From Terriglobales bacterium (GTDB lineage Bacteria > Acidobacteriota > Terriglobia > Terriglobales > Acidobacteriaceae): DNA of 64,000 nucleotides. Below the pieces are notes generated by a model. That model was not told the origin of the DNA, did no database searches, and saw nothing but the letters and a program-made list of their open reading frames with translations. Positions 29,691 through 38,837 of the stretch are shown here, piece after piece (within the stretch, counting starts at the first letter, position 1; each line of letters begins with the position of its first letter). The stretch spans positions 5,692 through 69,691 of the forward strand of contig DATIWL010000082.1 of NCBI GenBank assembly GCA_035519435.1. Direction: 5' to 3'. The position numbers and the translations under genes were made by a program.

Positions 29691-31286
29691 ATGAATGCGA
29701 AGGTGGGAGTAACGCTGCTCCTGACGGTCCTCTGCGTGGGCGCTTGCCCGAAGCTCGGGGGCGGCTCGCCGGCCGACTCCGAACGCGTGCGGCAGGCAGG
29801 GGTGGCAGGGTCGTTCTATCCCGCCGATCCCAAAGAGCTGGCGGCCATGGTCGACGGATTCGTGGCACAGGCGAAGGTGCCGACGCAGAAGGGGGAAATT
29901 GTCGCACTGATCGCACCTCACGCCGGCTACCCGTTTTCCGGACCGGTCGCCGGCCACAGCTATGCCCTGTTGAAAGGACGGCCGACCCATCGCGTGGTGG
30001 TGATCGCGCCTTCCCATTTCGAGGCGTTCTCGTTCACTTCGGTTTATGGCGGCGACGCGTACATCACTCCGCTCGGGACGGTTCCCGTGGACAAGGAGTT
30101 TGCCCGGAAACTGGTGAAGTTGGATCCGGAAAGCCGGCTCTCCAGCAGCGGCCATATTCCCACCCCGGCGGGCCCGGAGCACGCGCTGGAGGATCAGTTG
30201 CCATTCCTGCAACGAGTGCTGGGAGATTTTCAGCTCGTGCCGGTGGTTATGGGGGACCAGAGCTATGAGGCGAGCCGTGCCCTGGGTGTCGCCCTCGCGC
30301 AATTGATTCGAGGAACAGACACCTTAATCGTTGCCAGCTCCGATCTTTCTCACTACCATCCCTACGATCAGGCAGTCGCCATCGACGGAAAAACACTGAG
30401 TGCGATTGGCCAGTGGGATTACCTCGCCCTGTCTGACAACTTCGCGAGCCGCACGTGGGAAGCCTGTGGGGGCGCTCCGATTGTCGCGGCGATGATCGCG
30501 GCCGAGCGGCTCGGGGCCACGCAGGCGCAGGTGATCAAATACGCGAACTCGGGCGACGTTACCGAGGACCGCACGCGAGTGGTGGGATACAGCTCGGTCG
30601 CGTTCCTCAAGGAGGAAGACTCTCGCGCCGGCGAGATGCCCAGGTTCTCATTGTCGTCTGCTGAGAAACGGCAGTTGCTTGAGATTGCCAGGAAATCAGT
30701 CGAATCGGCCGTCAGGGAACACAAGGGTTATACGCTTCCCGCGAATCTGCCCGCCAGCCTGATGCAGGATCGGGCTGCGTTTGTGACGCTCAAGGAGAAC
30801 GGCGACCTTCGCGGCTGTATCGGACACGTCGTGGCCATGCAACCGCTAGCCGAGACGGTGCGCGATGTGGCGGCCCTGGCGGCGCTGCGCGACCCTCGCT
30901 TTCGCTCGGTGAGTCCAAGCGAATTGCCGCTCCTCACCTATGAAGTCTCTGTGCTGTCTCCGTTGCGCCACGTTGCGAATGTCAATCAGATTAAGGCCGG
31001 CGAACATGGGCTCATGATCGTGAAGGGCTCGGCACGAGGAGTTCTTCTGCCGCAGGTCGCGACCGAACAACACTGGGACCGCAATACCTTGCTCGATGAA
31101 ACGGCGATGAAAGCGGGCTTGCCGGCAAAAGCCTGGCGAGAGAACGACGCCGATCTGTTCATGTTCACGGCCGTGGTCTTTGGGGAGATCGAAACGTCCC
31201 GCGACGTTATGCCGAACGGAATCCCCGTTTGGCCCAACCCACACTCGCGGCCAGAACAGCCGGCACCAGGTTGGCCGCCGCAATAA
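29691..31286 (+). CDS. Fused AmmeMemoRadiSam protein B (MEMO1-like) and protein A (AMMECR1-like) with signal/lipoprotein peptide
   Basis: N-terminal MNAKVGVTLLLTVLCVGAC. Memo pattern AGSFYPADPKEL..ALIAPHAGYPFSG..SSDLSHYH. C-terminal AMMECR1 pattern AAFVTLKENGDLRGCIGH..LRDPRF..L.YEVSVLSP. Confidence 0.85.
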   Translation: MNAKVGVTLLLTVLCVGACPKLGGGSPADSERVRQAGVAGSFYPADPKELAAMVDGFVAQAKVPTQKGEIVALIAPHAGYPFSGPVAGHSYALLKGRPTHRVVVIAPSHFEAFSFTSVYGGDAYITPLGTVPVDKEFARKLVKLDPESRLSSSGHIPTPAGPEHALEDQLPFLQRVLGDFQLVPVVMGDQSYEASRALGVALAQLIRGTDTLIVASSDLSHYHPYDQAVAIDGKTLSAIGQWDYLALSDNFASRTWEACGGAPIVAAMIAAERLGATQAQVIKYANSGDVTEDRTRVVGYSSVAFLKEEDSRAGEMPRFSLSSAEKRQLLEIARKSVESAVREHKGYTLPANLPASLMQDRAAFVTLKENGDLRGCIGHVVAMQPLAETVRDVAALAALRDPRFRSVSPSELPLLTYEVSVLSPLRHVANVNQIKAGEHGLMIVKGSARGVLLPQVATEQHWDRNTLLDETAMKAGLPAKAWRENDADLFMFTAVVFGEIETSRDVMPNGIPVWPNPHSRPEQPAPGWPPQ

Positions 31287-33579
31287 ACACGGCGGCCTTG
31301 AAAAAACCGAACAGCGGAATCAGGAACGCGCTGAGCAGCAGCGCGCCCGCAGACGCGCCGATGAGATCCATTCCATAGAGGATTCCCATGTTCGCCGGGA
31401 GCGATTCTGCCTGCGCGAAAAAAGCCTCGGCTGCCAGCGCAAACTCATAGCCTCCGAGCGCTCCCGCGAGCAAAGCAAGGATGGGAAAAAGAATCGCACT
31501 CGCGAGGACGAGCGCATGCACGCTTCGCACACCTGCGACGGCGCTGAGGAAGCGATAGACCAGGAGCGGCGACAGCGCCACGACAAGTTGGAGGATGGCC
31601 AGGCGTAGCAATGATGCCGCCAGCGTCGCGGCTGGAGATCGGCTGGCCTGCCGCAGGCGGAACCAGTTCCCCAGCGCCATGCCCGACATGAATAGGGCAA
31701 TCAGAATTGCCAGCCGGTGGTAGACATAGCCGTAGATGGCCTGGAACCCGAGCAGGAGCAAGACCTCGAGTCCGATCATCGTCAACCCAGTTAGCGCCGC
31801 GCACAAGACGGCGCTGCCACGAGCCCGGGCAGGAGTTCGCGGCCAGCAAAGAATGGCAATGCCAATCACGGACAGGCCCACGACAGTCCATTCCAGGAGC
31901 GCTCGAAACTGAATTCGTGCAATCGTGCCGAAGACACGCTGATACTCGCGGTTAAACTGCGTACTCCAAAGCTCGACGTCGAAGTAGTACGCGATAGGGG
32001 CCAGATCACGGTTGAGCGGCGTGTCAGGCTGCGGCCGAATGCTTTGTTCAAGATCGGCCACGCGGTCGGGCATCATCCGAAATGGGATGTAGTATTCGCG
32101 CACATAGCTGGTGTTAAGGCGCCGCTGTTGAAGCCGTGAGAGGAGTTCTGCAGAATCTGCCGCGAGAACGCCTGCCCGCTTGGCCGCGTAGAAATGCACG
32201 ATGTCGCCGGGCATCGTCTGGACGACGGGAAATGCCTGCTGGAGCGAATGGAGGATGCAGCGCAGAAAAGCGCTCAGGTCCGGGCTCAGGTACTCCTCCG
32301 CGGCGTGCAACTGAAATGAGAAGACTCCGTCATCGGCAAGTTTGTCGGCTGCCTCGCGGAAGAATTCCACCGTATAGAAGCGGTTCAGCTGGGCGGTCTG
32401 CGGCGTGGGCAGATTGACGATGATTGCATCGTAGGTCAGTGGGCTTGATTTCAGGAACAGCCGCCCATCCGCCGCATGGATATGTACGCGGGGATCTGCG
32501 CGAGCGGCTTGCCATTGCTCGGGGAAGTGCTGGTCAGCCAACTCCAGAACGGTGGGATCGAGTTCGACATAGTCCACGCGTTCGAGGCTGGGATGCTGCA
32601 GGGCCTGCAAAAGTGCTCCACCGGCTCCGCCGCCGATCAGAAAAAGCCTTCTCGGGGCGCGAGCCTCGAGCAGGGCAAAGTGTACGGCTTCCTCGGCGGC
32701 AGCCGGATCGGGTGCATTAAACATCAGCAGGCCATTCTCGAACAGGCTGCGCGTCCCGCCGGTTTCTACGACAGCCAGATTCCCGTACACGGAGTTGCGG
32801 GTGTCGAGCAACTGAAAGCCCGGCCACAGGCGCGAAAAAGAAGCGCCTTCCAGATAGCGGCCTCCCGGCAGACCGGCAACCACCCAGGTGACGAACAGCA
32901 CTATGACCGCAGTCACCTGGCGCGACAATCGCCGCAGAACGAAGGTGGCAGCGGCCGTGACATTGAGGGCGCTCACAAGAAACGCGAACTGCAACGAGTC
33001 GAGAAGACGCAGGAGGAAAACGCTGGCGAGAATACCTCCGAGCGCGGATCCGGCTGCCTCGAGCAGGTACATTGAGTTCACGGCCCGTGCGGTGGAAGTT
33101 CCGGATTGTTGTGCAAGCAGGCGGCTGCCGGCGACGAACGTCCAGCCGGAAATGGCGCAGAAGCAACTCAAGGTGACCAGGCAGGTGACAAGAATCGGAG
33201 CCGGTCCCAGAACCTCACCCGGAAAGGCGTGAAATACGGTGCGGGAGGCGCGTATCGCGAGGACAGTTAGGGGGAGGAAAAAGGCCAGCAGTAGTTGCAG
33301 CACGGCCACGCGCTTCGCCGGGTCCGGCCCCGGCGCTGTTGACCGGCTGAACATGCTGCCCAGCGCCGTCCAGAGAAGCCAAGATGCGAGCATGACTCCC
33401 AGGGAGATTTCGTTGCCATAGGAAACAACCATCAGCTCGCGCAGAAGAATAATCTGGGCAATTGTCGCGGTGAAGCCGACCAGGGCCAGCACGATTGGAA
33501 GTCTCAGGCTCGCGCGGCTGGCCGCCGAGAGTGGTGGGGCGAAACTCACTGCACAGTCATTAGACGTCAACTGCTCCAA
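31207..33579 (-). CDS. Polytopic membrane protein fused to a spermidine-synthase-like (class I MTase fold) domain
   Basis: 790 aa. About 7 TM helices, then the central pattern LFLIGGGAGGALLQALQHPSLERVDYVELDP..DAIIVNLP (aminopropyltransferase-like), then further TM helices. Confidence 0.8.
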   Translation of the reverse strand: MEQLTSNDCAVSFAPPLSAASRASLRLPIVLALVGFTATIAQIILLRELMVVSYGNEISLGVMLASWLLWTALGSMFSRSTAPGPDPAKRVAVLQLLLAFFLPLTVLAIRASRTVFHAFPGEVLGPAPILVTCLVTLSCFCAISGWTFVAGSRLLAQQSGTSTARAVNSMYLLEAAGSALGGILASVFLLRLLDSLQFAFLVSALNVTAAATFVLRRLSRQVTAVIVLFVTWVVAGLPGGRYLEGASFSRLWPGFQLLDTRNSVYGNLAVVETGGTRSLFENGLLMFNAPDPAAAEEAVHFALLEARAPRRLFLIGGGAGGALLQALQHPSLERVDYVELDPTVLELADQHFPEQWQAARADPRVHIHAADGRLFLKSSPLTYDAIIVNLPTPQTAQLNRFYTVEFFREAADKLADDGVFSFQLHAAEEYLSPDLSAFLRCILHSLQQAFPVVQTMPGDIVHFYAAKRAGVLAADSAELLSRLQQRRLNTSYVREYYIPFRMMPDRVADLEQSIRPQPDTPLNRDLAPIAYYFDVELWSTQFNREYQRVFGTIARIQFRALLEWTVVGLSVIGIAILCWPRTPARARGSAVLCAALTGLTMIGLEVLLLLGFQAIYGYVYHRLAILIALFMSGMALGNWFRLRQASRSPAATLAASLLRLAILQLVVALSPLLVYRFLSAVAGVRSVHALVLASAILFPILALLAGALGGYEFALAAEAFFAQAESLPANMGILYGMDLIGASAGALLLSAFLIPLFGFFKAAVFIAAANLVPAVLAASVGWAKRGFRSA

Positions 33580-33669
33580 CGAAGACAGGTAAAGGGATCA
33601 CACGAATATGTGACCGCTACGCGCGCATTGGGCAGGCCAACTCTCCATCAACATGGGTTCGCATCTTCC

Positions 33670-33981
33670 CTAGCGAATCCCAAAGTGGAAGGTCACCGAG
33701 AACGTGGCAACCGTCGCCAGACTGACGATGATGCAGTTTGCGTACTTCACTTCCCGCGATACGGCCCGATTGATGCCTGCCAGAACACCTGCAAGCGCCG
33801 CAAGGAAGACCAACGGCCAACCAAAAAAAACTGCCGTCGCGACCACGACCGATGAGACGGTTCCCCACTCGTCCATACGCCTCTGCAGCAACAGGCTCCC
33901 TAGAATCACGAATCCGCCACAAAGACTCGGCAGGCACAGCAGAACGACAGGAACCAGGCTGAGGATGCTCTTGGCCTGCAT
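33670..33981 (-). CDS. Small hypothetical membrane protein
   Basis: 103 aa with three hydrophobic segments. No other support. Confidence 0.4.
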   Translation of the reverse strand: MQAKSILSLVPVVLLCLPSLCGGFVILGSLLLQRRMDEWGTVSSVVVATAVFFGWPLVFLAALAGVLAGINRAVSREVKYANCIIVSLATVATFSVTFHFGIR

Positions 33982-34133
33982 CTGAGACCAGCCTTTCCCT
34001 TCAACAACGTGCTTGGAACGGCTCTCAATGACTACGCTATGCCTTCGTACTGACGCGTGCAGTGATTGAAGTGACCGGTCAGTGTGATGAAGGCACGGAG
34101 GGACGGCACGTTGCCGCTAAACGATTGAAAATA

Positions 34134-34209
34134 TGGTGGAGCTAGTCGGGATCGAACCGACGACCTCATCGTTGCGAACGATGCGCTCTCCCAGCTGAGC
34201 TATAGCCCC
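34134..34209 (-). tRNA. tRNA-Ala (anticodon CGC)
   Basis: Reverse complement is GGGGCTATAGCTCAGCTGGGAGAGCGCATCGTTCGCAACGATGAGGTCGTCGGTTCGATCCCGACTAGCTCCACCA. It has a cloverleaf, the G3:U70 alanine identity pair, anticodon loop TT-CGC-AA, and an encoded CCA. Confidence 0.95.
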
Positions 34210-34463
34210 ACTGCTGGAGAAATGCTGGAACTTGTCAATTTTACCAGCGCCCGGTTTTTTCGCCTACCTGGAGATGACCTTCCTGGGGAAGGGGCGCATC
34301 AAAACCCTAAGAAACGGGTTTCGAACATTAGAAGTCCCTCTCTCCCGTCGGAAGTGACCAGCTTTCCGGACGCGCTCAGAGCAGGGCACATTCAGGATCC
34401 AAAGGGGACGGTTGTACCAACCGGCGGCTCGGGGACTGCATTCTTTTCTGAGGAGAAGCCGGA

Positions 34464-35864
34464 ATGACTGGGTTCAGGATCGGTTTACTGCTGGGTCTCG
34501 TCATCGCGTGCGCGAGTTTGCTGCTTAGTCTGAACGGCTGTGGAAGTGTCTCGTCGGGCAGCAACCCACCACCGCCTCCCCCACCCGGCAAGATCAACCA
34601 TGTCGTGATCATTTTTCAGGAGAACCGCACCCCGGACAACCTATTCCACGATCCGGTCCTGATCAGCCGCGGCGCTGACATCGCGAGCACCGGGAAAATA
34701 TCGACGGGCCAAACGGTTCCGTTGACTCCGGTCTCGCTCGTCACCAGTTATGATCTCGGCCACGGCCATCACAACTTCCTGCTGGAATGGGACAACGGCG
34801 CGATGGATGGTGGGGACCTGATCAGTTGCCCACCGGAAATTCCGACCTGCGCGTATCAATATGTTCAGGACAGCCGTCTCCAGCCTTATTTCACGCTGGC
34901 GGAAACCTATACGTTCGGCGACCGCATGTTCCAGACGAACCAGGGACCGAGTTTTCCGGCGCATCAGTACATCATTTCGGGAACGTCTGCGATCAGCGAG
35001 AAAAGCACTTTGAGTGTGTCGGAAAATCCCACCAACACCGATTCCGATCACACTGGATGCATTGCGCCGCCAGACGGGATTGTGAGGATTATCGACACGA
35101 CAAATCCTGACCCCAAGACGAACGAGACGCAGACGATGTATCCGTGCTTCGACCATCCCACGCTGACCGATCTGCTCGATACGAACGGAATCAGCTGGAA
35201 GTACTACACGCCGAAAGCGGGTTCGATCTGGACCGGGCCTAACGCGATCCAACACATGTGTGGACCCGACGCTCCTCCGCCGAATGGAACAAACTGCGTC
35301 GGCTCGGATTGGACCAATCATGTGATCATCGGGCAAACGCAGGTGCTGAACGACATCAGCAGCGGTAATCTTGCAGCCGTGAGCTGGGTCATTCCGACCA
35401 ATACCGCTTCCGACCACGCCAGCGGCACCGACGGCACCGGGCCCTCCTGGGTCGCTTCCGTGGTGAATGCGATTGGCTCCAGCCAGTACTGGAAGGATAC
35501 GGCGATCATCATCACGTGGGATGACTGGGGAGGCTGGTATGATCACGTGCCGCCGCCGGCGATTCAGAACTCCTACGAGTACGGCCTGCGAGTGCCGCTG
35601 ATCGTTGTGTCGCCTTATGCCAGGGCGGCCTACATCTCGCACGTTAACCACGATTTCGGCAGCATCTTGAAGTTCATCGAAAAGGTCTTCGGGCTGGGTG
35701 AGATTGACCCCGCAGTCGGGTATGCCGATGCACGGGCGGACGATCTCTCGGATTGCTTCGACTTCACCCAGACGCCTCTGCCCTATAAGACCGTGGCGGC
35801 CCCGCTCGACGCACAGTACTTCCTAGATGACAAGACTCCTCCGGAGGGTCCGGATGACGACTAG
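34464..35864 (+). CDS. Phosphoesterase family (phospholipase C / AcpA-like) lipoprotein
   Basis: Lipobox LSLNGC and a PPPPPP linker. INHVVIIFQENRTPDNLF and ..WDDWGGWYDHV.. are typical of the PF04185 phosphoesterase family. Confidence 0.8.
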   Translation: MTGFRIGLLLGLVIACASLLLSLNGCGSVSSGSNPPPPPPPGKINHVVIIFQENRTPDNLFHDPVLISRGADIASTGKISTGQTVPLTPVSLVTSYDLGHGHHNFLLEWDNGAMDGGDLISCPPEIPTCAYQYVQDSRLQPYFTLAETYTFGDRMFQTNQGPSFPAHQYIISGTSAISEKSTLSVSENPTNTDSDHTGCIAPPDGIVRIIDTTNPDPKTNETQTMYPCFDHPTLTDLLDTNGISWKYYTPKAGSIWTGPNAIQHMCGPDAPPPNGTNCVGSDWTNHVIIGQTQVLNDISSGNLAAVSWVIPTNTASDHASGTDGTGPSWVASVVNAIGSSQYWKDTAIIITWDDWGGWYDHVPPPAIQNSYEYGLRVPLIVVSPYARAAYISHVNHDFGSILKFIEKVFGLGEIDPAVGYADARADDLSDCFDFTQTPLPYKTVAAPLDAQYFLDDKTPPEGPDDD

Positions 35865-36184
35865 TCGGATGCCTTGGGGGAGAGGCTCGTGCAGTCTGTG
35901 CCGGGTTCGGACGGATTGACGGTGGAATGGCTTCCCCCAATAAGGGGGACCGAAATTCGTGTTCCCCCATTAAGGACTCGTCTGGCGCCGAAGCGCGCCC
36001 GATGTGTGCAAAGTGTTGCAGGTCCAAATCCTTCTCATAGTCCTTGGAAATCTCATGGTATGAGCAACGCACAGTCATTAGGTCTCTTAGCGCCTCCAGT
36101 CCGGCTCCCCCACTGGTTGAATAATTGCTGCTGTGGACATAACTGCCTGGGGTAAGCACCACATTCTCTAAGAGGAGCCTGGTA

Positions 36185-38680
36185 ATGGGTTTCGGGTATT
36201 GGTTCGATACGGCGGAGAATTCCCACCGAGCCGTGTCACGTTGCAATTCGGGACGCTGCTCGAAGTGGATTGGAGCAACCGTGGTTGTCATGTGCCTGGT
36301 ATCGCTGGTTTCGGCCCAGGAGGCATTCACCACCAGCCATGGCAATAACGCCCGAACCTCCGCCAATACCAATGAGGTGTTGCTATCACCCAGCAACCTG
36401 AACAAGACCGACTTCGGCCGCCTCTTCAGTTATCCGCTGGACTATCAGGCCCTGGCGCAGCCTCTGTACGTGCCGAACGTCAATATCCCAGGGAAGGGTA
36501 CGCACAACGTCGTCTATGTTGCGACGATGGCAGATTCGGTCTATGCGTTCGATGCGGAGAGCAATTCGGGACCGAATGCGGAGCCGCTTTGGCACGTCAA
36601 TTTCACCGATCCTGCCCATGGCATCACCACCGCCAGCGGCGCATTCCTGCCTTGCGCGAGTACCGAGGATCGCGGGCCGGGCTTCACGCAGGAAGGTATT
36701 GTGGCCACCCCTGTGATCGATACCACGACCAATACCATGTACGTGGTGGACAAAATCCTCGACAACGGTACGGTCCGGCATCAGTTGCATGCCCTCGATA
36801 TTGGAACCGGGCAGGACAACCCTGGGAGCCCGGTTACGATCAGCGCGACTTCCACCAGCAACGCGGGAAAGGTCGTCACCTTCAATAGCCTTCACCAGAA
36901 GAATCGGCCGGGGTTGCTGTTGGCCAATGGCATCGTCTACCTCGGTTTTGGCTCAAACTTCTGCAACGACGGAAATCATTCGTGGGTACTGGGATATGAC
37001 GCCGCCACCCTGGCGCAAACCGGCGTCTTCAATACCAACCCTGATCACGGTCTTACTTCGATCTGGCAGGCCGGCGGTGGTTTAGCAGGGGACGATGCCG
37101 GCAACATCTATCCGCTGACGTCGGAAGGAAATTACGACGCGGACATCGGCGGACAGGGCTATACCAATAGTGTTCTGAAACTTGGCCCCGATCTGCAACT
37201 GCTCGATTTCTTTATCCCCGGGGCGGTGCAATATCTGAACGACCATGACCTCGATCTCAGCGCCGGTTCGCCGGTCCTTCTGCCCGACATGGACGGACCC
37301 TATCCACACGTAATGGTGGCGAGTGGCAAGCAAGGAATCATTTACGTATTGAATCGCGACAACCTCGGGATGTACTCGCCGAGCGACAGCCAGATCATCC
37401 AGGAACTGGTCGGCGTCATCGGGTCATTTCGGACAGCCCCCGCATACTGGAACGGCCGGCTGTATTACAGCGCGAAGGCCGAGCCGATGAAAGTGTTTTC
37501 GGTTTCCAGCGGGATGCTTTCGCCCGCTCCGATCGCCATGACCTCGCTGCAGCTTACCGGAGCGCATGCGCCGTCGGTCTCATCCAACGGGGACGCTAAT
37601 GGCATTGTGTGGGTTATCCACGGCGGCGATCTCTATGCCTTCGACGCGATCACTTTGAAGATGCTGTACAACACGCATCAGATGGCGCGCGACAATTTGC
37701 CGAAGCTGTCGCACTTCGTGACTCAGACGGTCATCAACGGAAGAGTCTACATCGCCACGCGGACTTCGCTCGAAGTGTACGGCCTCATGCACTATATGAC
37801 TGTAGCGGCGGGCGGAGGCCAGAGTGGGCCTGTGAAGAGCGCGTTGCCCGTGCCGATCCAGGTTAAGGCACTGCAGGCCTACACGAACGTGCCTTATCCC
37901 GGCGTGACGGTTACCTTCAGCGATGGAGGAAAGGGCGGCGCATTCAACCCCGCCTCGGCCGCAACTGACAGCAGCGGCACAGCCACGACTGCGTATACGC
38001 TCCCTCAGAAGGTCGGGACGTTTACCCTGACCGCGTCGGCGACTGGCTTCGGAAATCTCACGACCACGGCAACCGCCATCAGCGGAGCGCCCGCGCAGAT
38101 GACAGCCGCCGCCGGAAATCAACAGTATGGATGGCCTGGTTCCGTACTCCCGGTTCCGCTCACAGCGAGAGTGCTGGACACCTACAAGAACGGCGTGCCG
38201 GGTGTGACGGTCACGTTCGATGACGGAGGCAAGGGCGGATCCTTGACCCCGGTCACCGGCGTCACCGACGCTACGGGAAGAGCGTATGGGTCCTATCAGT
38301 TACCCAATACCGCCGGGAAGATCACGGTCAAGGCCAGCACCACCGGTGTGAAGACGATCAACTTCGCTGAACATGCGGCGGTAGCATCGAGCGTCGTCAC
38401 CGTTTCCGGGAACAGCCAGTCCGGTCCCGCAGGTACGCAGTTGGCCCAGGCACTCGTCGTGAAAGTTGTCGACAATGGTGGCCACGCTGTTTCGGGCGCG
38501 GCTGTGACCTTTGACGATGGCGGAGCTGGAGGGCAGTTCGCGAACAGCAATCCAGTGATCACCGACGCCACAGGAACAGCGTCGAATTTCTATACTCTTC
38601 CTGCAGTCGTGGGTTCCGTCAACATCACCGCCACCGTTGGCGGCGTCAGCCCGGTGGACTTCAGCGAACTGGCACAGTAG
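36185..38680 (+). CDS. Secreted PQQ-like beta-propeller protein with three C-terminal Ig-like repeats
   Basis: Signal-like segment ATVVVMCLVSLVSAQEA. The N-terminal ~530 aa show propeller-like repeats (VVYVATMADSVYAFD, MYVVDK, IVYLGFG, LYAFDA, RVYIAT). The C-terminus has three Ig-like repeats. Confidence 0.7.
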   Translation: MGFGYWFDTAENSHRAVSRCNSGRCSKWIGATVVVMCLVSLVSAQEAFTTSHGNNARTSANTNEVLLSPSNLNKTDFGRLFSYPLDYQALAQPLYVPNVNIPGKGTHNVVYVATMADSVYAFDAESNSGPNAEPLWHVNFTDPAHGITTASGAFLPCASTEDRGPGFTQEGIVATPVIDTTTNTMYVVDKILDNGTVRHQLHALDIGTGQDNPGSPVTISATSTSNAGKVVTFNSLHQKNRPGLLLANGIVYLGFGSNFCNDGNHSWVLGYDAATLAQTGVFNTNPDHGLTSIWQAGGGLAGDDAGNIYPLTSEGNYDADIGGQGYTNSVLKLGPDLQLLDFFIPGAVQYLNDHDLDLSAGSPVLLPDMDGPYPHVMVASGKQGIIYVLNRDNLGMYSPSDSQIIQELVGVIGSFRTAPAYWNGRLYYSAKAEPMKVFSVSSGMLSPAPIAMTSLQLTGAHAPSVSSNGDANGIVWVIHGGDLYAFDAITLKMLYNTHQMARDNLPKLSHFVTQTVINGRVYIATRTSLEVYGLMHYMTVAAGGGQSGPVKSALPVPIQVKALQAYTNVPYPGVTVTFSDGGKGGAFNPASAATDSSGTATTAYTLPQKVGTFTLTASATGFGNLTTTATAISGAPAQMTAAAGNQQYGWPGSVLPVPLTARVLDTYKNGVPGVTVTFDDGGKGGSLTPVTGVTDATGRAYGSYQLPNTAGKITVKASTTGVKTINFAEHAAVASSVVTVSGNSQSGPAGTQLAQALVVKVVDNGGHAVSGAAVTFDDGGAGGQFANSNPVITDATGTASNFYTLPAVVGSVNITATVGGVSPVDFSELAQ
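37796..38677 (+). repeat. Three tandem ~95-aa Ig-like coding repeats
   Basis: Repeat cores are GVTVTFSDGGKGGAFNP..TDSSGTATTAYTLP, GVTVTFDDGGKGGSLTP..TDATGRAYGSYQLP, and GAAVTFDDGGAGGQFAN..TDATGTASNFYTLP. Confidence 0.6.
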
Positions 38681-38837
38681 GAAAGCCTGTCAAACGGGGC
38701 CTCTCTTGCGAGTGGCCCTGTCGACCTTCCGGCTGCAGCCCCGCCATTCGCCCCACGCGATTCTCAGCTCGGTCGCGCTTGGTTGGGCGCGGGTCTAATG
38801 AACCCTATCAATTTCAGGGATGACGCGGCTGTTGAGT

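Noticed and set aside
28713-30302. 529-aa minus-strand ORF
   Set aside because: Antisense to the radical SAM and Memo-AMMECR1 genes. No recognisable motifs. Judged a GC-rich antisense artefact.
33579-35864. Genomic island integrated at tRNA-Ala
   Set aside because: No integrase, no direct repeat of the tRNA 3' end, and no mobility genes were seen on either side. The tRNA 3' end faces the small membrane-protein gene rather than the glycan locus.
35764-36405. 213-aa minus-strand ORF spanning the 35.9-36.2 kb spacer
   Set aside because: It overlaps the ends of two well-supported plus-strand genes, and has no motifs, signal peptide or sensible start context. The spacer is more likely a promoter/leader region.
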